A stretch of DNA of 61,867 bases, counting the filler, from Hausera hauseri (taxonomy: Eukaryota): assembly GCA_046269625.1 (NCBI GenBank). It is 13 parts of 13 records of this genome, joined end to end, with 100 filler letters (N's around TTAATTAATTAA, not from the genome) between each part and the next. Parts side by side here need not be neighbours in the genome. Positions count along the whole stretch, not along the records: positions 23,989 to 28,739 come from JBJURY010450135.1; positions 28,840 to 33,532 come from JBJURY010473244.1; positions 33,633 to 37,863 come from JBJURY010686994.1; 10 more parts are not named here. One strand, 5' to 3'. Shown in pieces: positions 26,901 to 37,963 of the stretch (position 1 is its first letter; the number at the start of each line of letters is the position of its first letter). The notes beneath the pieces are model-generated. The model ran no database searches, was not told the DNA's origin, and saw only the letters and a list, made by a program, of their open reading frames with translations. The position numbers and the translations under genes were made by a program.

Positions 26901-27200
26901 ATCCACCCCCTAGGCGAAAATGGAGCATGAGACAAGTGGCTGGACGTTCGTCGCATACGAAAGACAAGAAGGAGTCTGAAGGATGTATCATAAGCCCTTG
27001 ATATGTGAAATAGAAATCAGAAGTGTTATATGATGAGGACAAAGCGTTATATAAAAACTGTGCTGTGTCGTTGAGTGGAGCTTGTAAGATTGTAATGTGT
27101 TAATTGTAGCTAAAGACAAGGAAAGATAGTTGTAATGAGGTATCACTCGAGATAGCGGTGGCAAGTAATAATTGGGATAAAGGAATATCCAAAGATGTTA
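23989..27200 (-). mobile_element. CsRn1-like gypsy (related subfamily): gag-PR-RT-RH, degenerate
   Basis: gag KPSDFLK, two CHCC knuckles, FFIDSGA, IIGSDFL, KAYHQIP, TPFGLYEY and YIDDIL. Confidence 0.93.
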
Positions 27201-27559
27201 AGCTTAGAAACCCTTTAAAATGAAAAATGGTTTGAGCCAGGAAGAATTTGCATGTGCAAACAAAATGGTCCCACTGGTGGGCGCGAATCAATGAAAAAAA
27301 TTCCACCCACCTGTGTCTGAATATCGGAATCCTGAATGTCGAATTGGGCCACATCTGTAGTATTTTCCCCACTGGATTATTCATCAACATAATGCCGGTC
27401 ATTGTCGACACCTCTCGAATGTTTGTACTTTCTTTTGTCAAATAAATCGTTACCGAGACAGACATGAAGAATATTGTGAATTGTGACAAACGTTGAGCCC
27501 GTTGATTGATTATCGCTACTCCAGAAATGGAGAATACTGACAGTAGAGTAGCCGGTTTT

Positions 27560-27850
27560 TCCATGTCTGACTTTTGAAATGAAATATGCGGTCAGCATGA
27601 TAGAATTTACCACTTTGAAAATTAAGAAAATTTTATAGGGTTCAATTCGTACCAAGAATGTTCAGAACAAACGCTGCAGTGCTGTAGTGAGTGCCATAGT
27701 GAAATGCCGGTTGACTATCATCATCCCAATTTTTAAATCTTGAATCAAAGAACTATTTTCTTGAGGAATTCAATGCTCCAATAGGATTAGAAAGATCTCG
27801 ATAAGTAAAAAAAGAACGAAAGTCAATGGTTTTGGCATCATGGTTATGCG
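27560..27850 (-). pseudogene. BEACH-domain fragment (neurobeachin/LRBA-like)
   Basis: Manual translation across a stop and frameshifts gives [49 protein letters not shown]. Confidence 0.85.
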
Positions 27851-28310
27851 GATGATTGTCCATAAAGTATTGAGCCGCGCCTAGTTTACCATCGAGAAGT
27901 TTTCGACCATCCCTCAGAAGTTGTTTCCAATACAACGAACATATCTTTGGTAAATTTATCATGATCTTTGATTATTTCATCCAACAGAGCAGCTTTTACT
28001 TCTCGTTCTTTAAATTCACATATGTATCCCTAAAATAAAATGGGTTCTTCCGATTCCGTATCTTGAATAATTCTTAACTTGGTCTTTTCCATCATAATAA
28101 AAAGCATAGAGTTGTCTTCTGAGAATATTATATCCCAAATATCTTTGTACTCAAAGTTTTCGACAACTTTTCCTTGTTTCTGATCAGTTGCAATTTCTCC
28201 TTGTCTTTTATCCAAATCAAAAAATGTCAATGTCCCACCAAGAACAATGGATGCCAATCGTGTTCCAGTGCAATTGATATCCATCTTAAACGGTCTATTC
28301 CGAAGAGAAT
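27850..28310 (-). pseudogene. WDR35: WDR35/IFT121 internal fragment
   Basis: INCTGTRLASI..GTLTFFDLD..KDIWDIIFSEDNSMLFIMMEKTKL..EEPI..LRDGRKLL..AAQYFMDNHPH parallels WDR35 ([62 protein letters not shown]). Confidence 0.85.
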
Positions 28311-28589
28311 GTATTCCATCAACTTTTCCTTTTATATATTCCAATTCATTGCAAATGCCATCATTTAATACAAAAGTTCTAACAAATTCTAACGATGGGT
28401 CATGTGGATATAATTTCTTTCTATCAAGAGACTCGGTTTCAATATCCATTGATTCTTGAACAGCGAACCTTTTTGGACCATTTTCGTCTTCACTATCCGA
28501 TATAACATGTTCACCCATGTGTTCAGGTTTATCTAAAGCGACGATTTCTTCCGTTACTTCCTCTTCAATTTCCCAACTAATTACTTCTG

Positions 28590-28739
28590 TTGTAACTTTT
28601 CGTAGAAATTCAAATATATTCAAATAATGCTGCCTTCGGGCAATATGAGCAGCAGTCAATCCTTGATTATTTTTAATGTTCGGATCAACACTATTCTCTA
28701 ATAAGAGATAAATTAACTGCGCAGTCAGATGCATTGGTG
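28590..28739 (-). pseudogene. Ankyrin-repeat fragment in frame with the WDR35 fragment
   Basis: LIYLLLENSVDPNIKNNQGLTAAHIA. Confidence 0.75.
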
Positions 28740-28839
28740 NNNNNNNNNNNNNNNNNNNNNNNNNNNNNNNNNNNNNNNNNNNNTTAATTAATTAANNNNN
28801 NNNNNNNNNNNNNNNNNNNNNNNNNNNNNNNNNNNNNNN

Positions 28840-28915
<76 letters not shown>
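28840..28915 (+). repeat. (TAA)n microsatellite
   Basis: About 25 perfect TAA units. Confidence 0.97.
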
Positions 28916-28916
<1 letters not shown>

Positions 28917-31900
28917 CATTAGTCTTTTATAGCGCTTTTCAGGACACCCAAAGATGCTTTACAATTTCATGCGTCATTCATTCACACACCGATGGTAGTA
29001 AACTACATTGTAGCCAGATTGTAGCTGGATTGTAGTAGATGCAGTTTCCTGCATTCTGGTGTGTTTTACAGGTTCCTTAACATACTTTTACCTGCATAAA
29101 AACACTTGATTAAACAGCTTAATTACAGACAGATTATTCATTCAATGAGTTGAATCATCTTGGATAGCTAACAGCTACAGCCATTATAATAAAATTAATG
29201 TGACAATTTATCACAAACACCGATTTTAGAGAATCATTTTACATTTAAATTGGTTATTCTTAATTTAGGTTTGTCAGTAACAGAACATGCCATTGTGCCA
29301 AGCAATGACGACCCTGAACTGCATGTTTAAAATTAAGAACATTAAAAACTTTACCCAGTGAACAGGTAAAATACTGACAACCACCAACAGAAAATTTAGG
29401 AGGCCTTTCTTTGTCTGATTTAATGACAGCTCTACTCATAACAAACGGACATGACATTATGCAGCCTTCAGAACATAAACTAACTCTGTGCCAAACAATG
29501 GTGGCATAAAGAAAATAACTTGTCAATTTTTTCAGCTTGTATGTAAATATTATGAAAAACTGATACATGGGTGTTTGGAACTGGTTAGAACACTAACGAT
29601 AGATGGATTGAAAGATTTATTTATTGACCTTTATTTAACCAGACAAATCCTAACCTATTTGAACATCTTAGCAAATATCTCTCTGTTGCACAGAACAAAA
29701 TAACTTGAAAATACATTTTTTATGAGTTAGACTGATTTTTTTAAATTACTATATTTTTAAAGTTATTTTAATTGTTCAAACCTGTGTAATCAATCATTTT
29801 CTACTGTTTATTCTAAATATTTGATCATTTACTGAATTACATTTCTCACAGAGCAGTTGTGTCACAGTATGGCTCTAAACATAAACAAGTAGTGAAGAAT
29901 GAAAGTTGTTTACTTATGACAAACTACAAAAACATTTGAAACCCTCTCGCCAGGAGAACATGGTGCTGTTCTCCTGGTGAGGACGAGGAGGTAAACGTTA
30001 ACGGAGATTCATCTTTGCTATGGGGCAGCAAATATGATGCACGCGCTGCACCGTACCAGACGGTCTCGGCTCGTTCACACAGAACGCGCGCATCCTCGTC
30101 AGCGAAGGAGGGGTTTATAGCTGGTGCTCATGTTATTGTAGTAAAATAGGACATGCAGCAGAACACTCTAACTTGTGAAATGTTGGACGATAGGAGAGCA
30201 AACGCATGACGGACGAACAAACTGAATGTTGCGGCTAACGCGCTGCCTTTGCACGAGGAGCTTGATCACGCACGCAAAGTTGCTCATATCTGTTGGATAA
30301 CGGCGCTCTGAGCACAAATATTTATTATAAAGTTAAGTTTTATAGACCAAAGACCAGGGAGCGAAATGAGGGAGGAGAGGTTCACTTACTCAGGACTCAC
30401 CGGTGTGTTGCTCCTGCAGACTGCTTCAGATGCTGGCTTTACTGACCCGCGCCGCTCTGCTCTGACTGGTTAAAGGAAGAGACGCAACAGAAAACAACTA
30501 GAGTTGATTTTATTTTTTTCCTCACGCAGGTGACAGAAATGGGTCTGGGCCAAGTTCAAAGTGACGGAAATCGGTCGTGGCGACAGAGAACTTTAAGCCC
30601 TGGGATTCAACAATACCTAGCTGCATACATACCTGCAGTACCCGATCGACACGCCCCGATTGACACGCCTCCTGAATATGCGGCTGCGGGGGACTCCCCA
30701 TGACGCGATTTTAACCCCCCCCCCCCCATCCTCCGGAGGCTGAAGCAAATTGTTTTGAATCTGGTTATTTTAATGGGGGGTGGGGGTGCGAATTTTTGTT
30801 CAAATTATATTCTTGTATTACAGTTTTAAAGCATTGTTGTCTTTTATACTTAACAATACATTTGACAGTCATAAATAAAACAATCATAATACTGATTATT
30901 AATCACAGTTCATGTATTCTTACTGTTAGCAGGATATCTCACTAACCAATAACACTATCACAGTGAAACTTTCAGGAAATCTTAAGTAAATTAATATATT
31001 GAAACGAAATAAGCTGACAGTAATTCTCAATACAGTTTAGAAATAGATTTCTAAAGATTTCCGGAATAGCTGTATTTCAAAAGTTCAAGCCGCGAGAAAA
31101 ATTGCGTGTTTTCGATTCACAACGGTGACTTCTATACCATTACGGAGTGTAATTATGAATTTGCAATTATCAAAATCCGACTGCAGTTATCTGAATTTAG
31201 GTAACTGCATTGCACTGGATCCTGAGGTCAGCGTTTTTGAAACTGACGACAATTATTCGGATTTTCATAATTGCTGGTCGGGAGTCTGCAGTTTAGTTGT
31301 TAGCATTTTCAAAATTGCTGCAATTATAAAATATGGAAATTTTGCATTCTGCCGAAGACTGCTACCTGAACTCCCACTTAATTGGATTCTCGAATTTGGG
31401 TAATTATTCGAATGGATAATTAATTTTTCTGTCTTAATATCTTCCATAATTGATGCAGCGGGAAACCCATCGGGTACAGGTTTTAATTAATTAAACTTCT
31501 TTTAAAAGTTTTTGGAATAAAAAGGTCAAGGTTTCATTTGAGCTAACAAAATCTCAATTTCGGCAGAATAATTTTTATAAATTCTCAAACGCAGAATTTG
31601 TCGTCCTTGTGTGCGTATAACCGTGTATTCATGCACTTTTTCTAATCCTACATTTGTGTGTATGCTTTGTCAGGAAGTCCCATTAAAGGTCATTTCAATT
31701 GGCTGATTAATTTTGTCATGATTCACATCATGTATAAACATATGATGAACTTGTTCTAGACAACACGTAAGTACTTACTAAGACAATGATATTTAGAATT
31801 ACAAATGCGGAAAGACATGATGTCTTATTAAATTGCTTTCGTATTCAAAATGACGGAAATGCAAATACAATTATGATAAGTTTGTTTGTAAAGAAATATT

Positions 31901-31922
31901 TAATCATAGATTTATATCAACA

Positions 31923-33327
31923 ATGAATGGTAAACAATTCAACAATAACAACAACAAAAGCTGCAGCAGAAATAATGGAAGACAAGGAAACACAAAAGCT
32001 GCTTACGTCGAAAGTCCACAACAAGATGCATTTCTGAGTAAGTTTTCAATCTTACAGTGACATGATTGATTAATTAATAGACAAAAATAAATTGTATGAA
32101 AATGTCGCACAAGAATCACCAAAGGTCACACCACAACAACCAAAGGTCACACCACAAAAACCAAAGGTCACACAAGAAGCACCGAAGGTTACACCACAGC
32201 AACCAAAGGTCAGTGTGGACATCAAGAAAGAAACACAAAATAAATCACCACAACAAACGAATATTTACAGCATCCCGGACCTACTGAATATTCTGGACAC
32301 CATCCCCAATAAATCGTCAACCAATCTGTTAGGCGATACCAAACTGAACCCAATCCTGTTACCAATTGTAACATGCTTCTTTGTTGTTTCCATTAATTTA
32401 TTTCCCCACAGCCACTGACTAGCAAAGAAATCAGCAATAGTTTGAAGTCATTGTCACGAAAAGAAACCCGTCGACTGAATCAAAACCATATGCGAAGAAT
32501 TGTGAAATCAGTGGCCAACACATTGACTCCAGATACCCTGAAAGATACTGTGACGTCATTACGTAAGTTGACATTCGGTGATGATCTGACGGTGATTGAC
32601 TTTGTTGAAATTGTCTACAAATTGGCTGTCATGTGTAAGAAAAACACATCTCTATGCCAAATTGTGTGCTGAATTGAAGGATTTGCAAAGTGAGGAGAAG
32701 TCATTCAAATCATTGCTAGTAAATTATGCAATGACGGAATTTCAGAAACCCCTTGAAACAAGATTGCATGAGACAGAAGCATATTGGGAGAAATGGAATT
32801 CAATAAACGATAGTGTATCTCAAGTGGATGTGGAGAATAAGTTGGAAGTGTCGAGACTGGATTTTATCAATTGTAGAAGGTGAGTTCTTATTTGTTGGAG
32901 TTTTCATCATTTGGATCAACTGGAGATCCAATTGAATGTTCATTTGTTATTCATGAATTCACTGACTCATCATCATGTTGTTATTTATTTCAGATTCATT
33001 GCTGAATTGTTCAACTATGGCATACTAACTGCCGAAATCATTCTGTACTGCATTAACACCCATCTCTGTCGTCCTAACAACGAAATGACAAAGGCGGATG
33101 TCCAATGTCTGCATGTATTACTGTTCACTTGTGGATGTCAACTGGACAGTAAATTGGACAATGAGACAATGGATAAAGTATTCAACAGAATCCGACAGTT
33201 GAAACAATTGAAATATATCGACGAGAAAAGTCGGTTCACACTGGAGAATATTATTGACTTGAGAAAGAGAAATTGGATTCAAAGAGATATCTACAAATAT
33301 GTAAACATCAATTCAATGTTTGAATAA
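31923..33327 (+). CDS. Small eIF4G-like protein: YxxxxLL eIF4E-binding motif plus MIF4G domain. Four exons: 31923-32037, 32081-32367, 32412-32879 and 32994-33327.
   Basis: GT-AG introns of 43, 44 and 114 nt with consistent phases; YSIPDLL; MIF4G motifs VANTLTP, LYAKLC, FKSLLVN, RFIAELF and RFTLENIIDLRKRNW. One extra A at about 32641 shifts the frame. Confidence 0.8.
32113..32212 (+). repeat. Coding tandem repeat with a 21-nt unit (PKVTPQQ-like)
   Basis: About 4.5 copies of ccaaaggtcacaccacaacaa-like units. Confidence 0.85.
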
Positions 33328-33632
33328 ACTGTAAATTTTGTGTTGAAATGGCGATGATGGAGACTTGTAGTTTTTGTCAATTCATTAAATTGTATAATTG
33401 ATTTTTACTTATAGAAAATATTCAATTAAATATGTAGAAGTATGAATATTTATCATTTAAATTTTATGATGCAATGCCTTTCTTTAAAGTACTTTCTATT
33501 CTGCCTGTAATAATTGCATAAATTCTTATAATNNNNNNNNNNNNNNNNNNNNNNNNNNNNNNNNNNNNNNNNNNNNTTAATTAATTAANNNNNNNNNNNN
33601 NNNNNNNNNNNNNNNNNNNNNNNNNNNNNNNN

Positions 33633-36600
33633 TTTAATTCCCTTTTTAGAGATTCTATCCTTTGTGAGGTACTTGGCCTGTTTTGTTGGTTCTCCACTTT
33701 TTCTTCCTCATCTTCTCTTTTCTTCTTGAATAGATAGTTATAAATAAATGATGTCTTCTTGGATTGGGATTTCCCTTCTAATTTTGGTTTCTTAGTCGTT
33801 AATTCCAGTCTCGGTTCCTCTCTTTGTTTCTTTGGCATAATGTGGCTTTTATTTTTCGTTTGTAAGTCGGTTTTGTTTTCGTCTTGTTTTTTCATAGGTT
33901 TTTGTATTGTAACCACAAGGCTATGTGTACTTGTGGGCTGGACGGTTCTGGCTGAAGAATAAGGCTTGATATTCTTTCTGTATTGGGTTTTTATTGTTTC
34001 GGGTTTTAAAAAACTGCATAGATTATAAGTGTGGTTCCTGGGAGTCCATTCATGTTCCAATTTTAATGATTTGTAAATTTCTTGCAAATATTTGCAACGT
34101 TGGCTGGTTGTTAGAAGTCTTGGAATTATGCCTGAATTACTATTTATTGATTCGATCATCAGCTTGAAGAAGGCTTCCGGTGTGGTCGGCCAATTTTTCC
34201 TTGTACGGTCTTTTCCATTCATTCCTGGACCATCGGATGAATAGCTATTTCCCTAAGTCCGGCAATATTTGCATTGCATAGCCCTAATAGCTCAATTTCC
34301 TGTTTTACGTTGTATCCCGTTATCATACACTCGTAGAGGCAATGGTTTAACTCAGAACGGACCTCTCCTCTGCCACAATTTATCGCCATAATTCTTATGT
34401 TACGACTATCCTGTACTAGCCTATATGACTGGTGATGTTTGTCCTTCTCCGCTTCGGTTGGGGTTTGTTTGAATTCTAGTACTGGCAAGCCTAAGTTGCA
34501 GCCTTCTCTATGTACCACCTCAAACATGAGTTTAACAGGGAGGGTCGCTATTCTAAATTCTAGACCATAATTGATACTTTCTAGGCCTTGTTTGCTTATT
34601 TTGAATGTACTAAATCGGCTATGTCGCCCTTCATTACAGTTTCATCGTTGGTTTTCTATTCTATAGTATACTTCTCCGTTAGCTAGATGGATAAATATAT
34701 CTTCCACTTGGGCGATTCTATTCCCGATCAGTTCGTTAAGGCCATACGACTTAACTTGATTGTTTTCGCGCATCGCGTATAGGAAAACTGTGCGGTTCTC
34801 TTCGGTGGCACCCTTCAAGTCATTTGGTTTTTTCGTTTACTTTTTGGTATTCGACGCACATTTCTGTTTGTAATGCATCATTTATCCTTCTGTATATGGC
34901 TTTCAATTTGGGAATGAAGACTGTTGCGTATCCTTGTAGGAATTTTGTCGACTCTAATTCGGCTGATTATACTTACCCTTCTGAAAGAAAATACAAAATA
35001 AGGGTCAATCCTAAAACAAAGTATTGTTCTAAAACTGAACCAATTCTTTGTTTGATGGTGGAATAACCCGATCTGTAGTTGTCAGGTTATTCCATCATTG
35101 AATTCGCCTTGCGGTACCATTACCCTTAATTCCGTCTCGGTAATTTTATGGCGCTTACTACAATGATTATTGGTAATCAATCGTAAAAACGCAATAAAAG
35201 TTATGAGAGCAAATGTTGACGATCCAATAATCGATATTAATGACAAAGTTGTCCATTTGGTTAGGTTTTTCATTTTTATGGTAGTCGCGGGTCAGCCCTC
35301 CGTTCCCTTATTAATTAGTGATTTCCTTAAGACGATCTCGTAAAATTTTTTTGTCCTTTTGTTCTGATTTGTGTTCTGGAGTTTTCTCCTTTTGCGGTAA
35401 AGGTTTTAACGCGATTTTCCTGATTCCATATATATCGCTCAGTGAAGTTTCATCGACCCACCATTGGGCATTAGACTTAGGCGTTAGGACAGCAATCAGC
35501 GATAAGGTTACTATTATCTGTGCATAAGATACTGGTCTAGTGACAATCGACGTGGTCTTATTTTCTCGCGGTTTTAGATGGTAGTGTTTAGCTGGTTTTA
35601 TATCCGTTTTAACTACTCTTTGGATTGATACAAATTGCTCTTTTCCGTTTTTGTTAATATAGGCCGTAGTTGGCGTTGTGCGGATGATTTCATATGGTCC
35701 TCTCCCAGTGCGTGTTAATTTCAAGGATGTGCCTTTCTTCGCGACTGGGTAATGTATATAAACCCAATTTCCCTTTTCCAAACCATGAAGTTTAGTATTT
35801 TATCATATTGCTTTTTAAATTGTTCTTGATACTTGAGTGATAATGTTTTGCAACTTCCCGACACTTTTGTAATCTTGTCTGTAAGACGTCGGCAAAGTTT
35901 TGCTCTAAATCCTCGAGGTTCTTTTTGTACGGTGTCATGCCTAGGTTTGTAGGTAAAATCGCCTCTCGCCCGTACATCATAAAGAACGGTATAAACCCCG
36001 TTGCTGGATGTGGAGTTGTATTAATTGCGAATTGTGTACCTTCTAGGAATTCATCTCAGTCTTTTTGGTCTTTGGTCACTACTGTTGGTAGTATACGGAT
36101 GACTGTCGCGTTCATGCGTTCAACCATTCCATTATATTGAGGGTGATGCGCGATAGTAGTTAGCTGTTCGATTTCAAGCATTTTAGTAATTTTTTCGAAT
36201 AATTCGCTTGTGAAGTTTTTTCCTCTATCCGTTAAGATTTGTTCTGCTGGTCCGTATCTGTAGATAATTTTCCTTACCACTGTGTCGGCTACAGTTTCCG
36301 CTTTCTGATCCAATAATGCCATCAGCTCAACGGAGTGCGTTAGTCGATCTACGCATGTTAGGATGTATCTGTTATTTTTGTGAGTTTACGGCAAAGGTCC
36401 TACTATGTCCATAGACATGGCTTGCATGGGCCTATATGGTATATTTATAGGTTTTAATTCTGCTACGTAGCCTTTCGTTTTCTTTTGTTTTGTCGCGTAG
36501 ACTTTGCAAGCTCCTACCAAATTCTTTACATCAATATAGATACTTGGCCAGTAGAATTTATTTTATATCCATTCCAATGTTTTCTTTCAAGACATGTGTC

Positions 36601-37863
36601 CGGCTAAATATGAATCGTGTTCGGCCATGAGTACTTCGATGCGCAATCCTTTTGGAATAACTATTAGTCTTCTTCCTTTTCGCTTGTAATATAGGATATT
36701 ACCTTGGTTTGATGCATGATATTTATGTCCATGTTTCTGTAGATGCTTTTTCAGTTGTTGTCCATTGGATAAATTTGTCGTTTTGCGTGAATTCAAAAAT
36801 TTGCTGAATAACCTTATCTTTAGCTTGTTCGGCTGCAATTTTAATCGTCCTATCCCGTATTAGAGTTCTTTGTCGTTCAATCAGTTGTTTGAGTCGTGGT
36901 CTTTTTAATGTGGTGATTGCACTTGTTCTTGTCTTTAATCTTGACAGTGCGTCGGCGTCGACATGTTTGTTGCCTGGTTTATATCGGAATTCAATGTTAT
37001 ATCGAGAAATTCCTTCGATCCAACGGTTTAATCTACATGTTGGGTTATTAGCTCGTCCTTTCAATGTTATAACTGCTTTATAATCAGTCTTTATGATAAT
37101 CTTTTGTCCATAGACATAGACATTAAAATGTCGTAGTGCTTCTTTTACGGCTAACGTTTCTAACTCGGTAACCGAATAATTCTTTTCTGCTTTCTTTATT
37201 GAACATCCTCCATAGGCTACTAGATGTTCTAATTCTTCATCGTCTTGTTTCTGGGCTAAATCGCATTCTATGCCTTCTTTAGTTTCATCTATTTTAATGA
37301 TGAATGGTAGGTTAAAATTCGGGTATCTTAAAACTGGTTCGCTTGTTAAAACTTTCTTCATTTCGTCGAATGCTTTTTTTTCCACTTCTGTCCATCTCCA
37401 TTTAGTTCCCTTTTTGAGTAGGCGATATTGTGGCGCGTTAATTTTTGAATTGTCTGGTACGTAAGTGGCGTAATATCTACATAGGCCTAACCAGTGTCTT
37501 AACTCTTTTTGATTCTGTGGTTCCATACAATCGGATATTTTATCTAGCAGGGATTTGCCCGGTTTTGATCCTCCTTCTCCAACTATGTGTCTGAGGTACG
37601 ATACTGCGTTCTGTGCCCATTTACGTTTCTTTGGATTTAGTTTCAACCCCGATTGTTCTAGTCGCATGAGTGTATCCAGTGTCCTTTAAGTGCTCTTCTT
37701 CTGTTTTCGATGCTATCATTACATCGTCCAAATACGCGAAAGCATGATCAAGTCCCATGAGCATCTTATTCATCATTTTAGTAAAAATAGCTGGTCCTGT
37801 GGTGATGCCGAAGGGCATAATATTAAATTCGTATACGCCATCGTGTGTCTTAAACGCTGCCTT
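33633..37863 (-). mobile_element. Ty3/gypsy element (RT-RH-IN) with additional downstream ORF region
   Basis: MPFG, YLDDV, NYSVTELETLAV, DADALSR, LTDRGKNFTS, HHPQYNGMVER and GPY motifs. Extra coding sequence at 33633-35500. Confidence 0.88.
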
Positions 37864-37963
37864 NNNNNNNNNNNNNNNNNNNNNNNNNNNNNNNNNNNNN
37901 NNNNNNNTTAATTAATTAANNNNNNNNNNNNNNNNNNNNNNNNNNNNNNNNNNNNNNNNNNNN

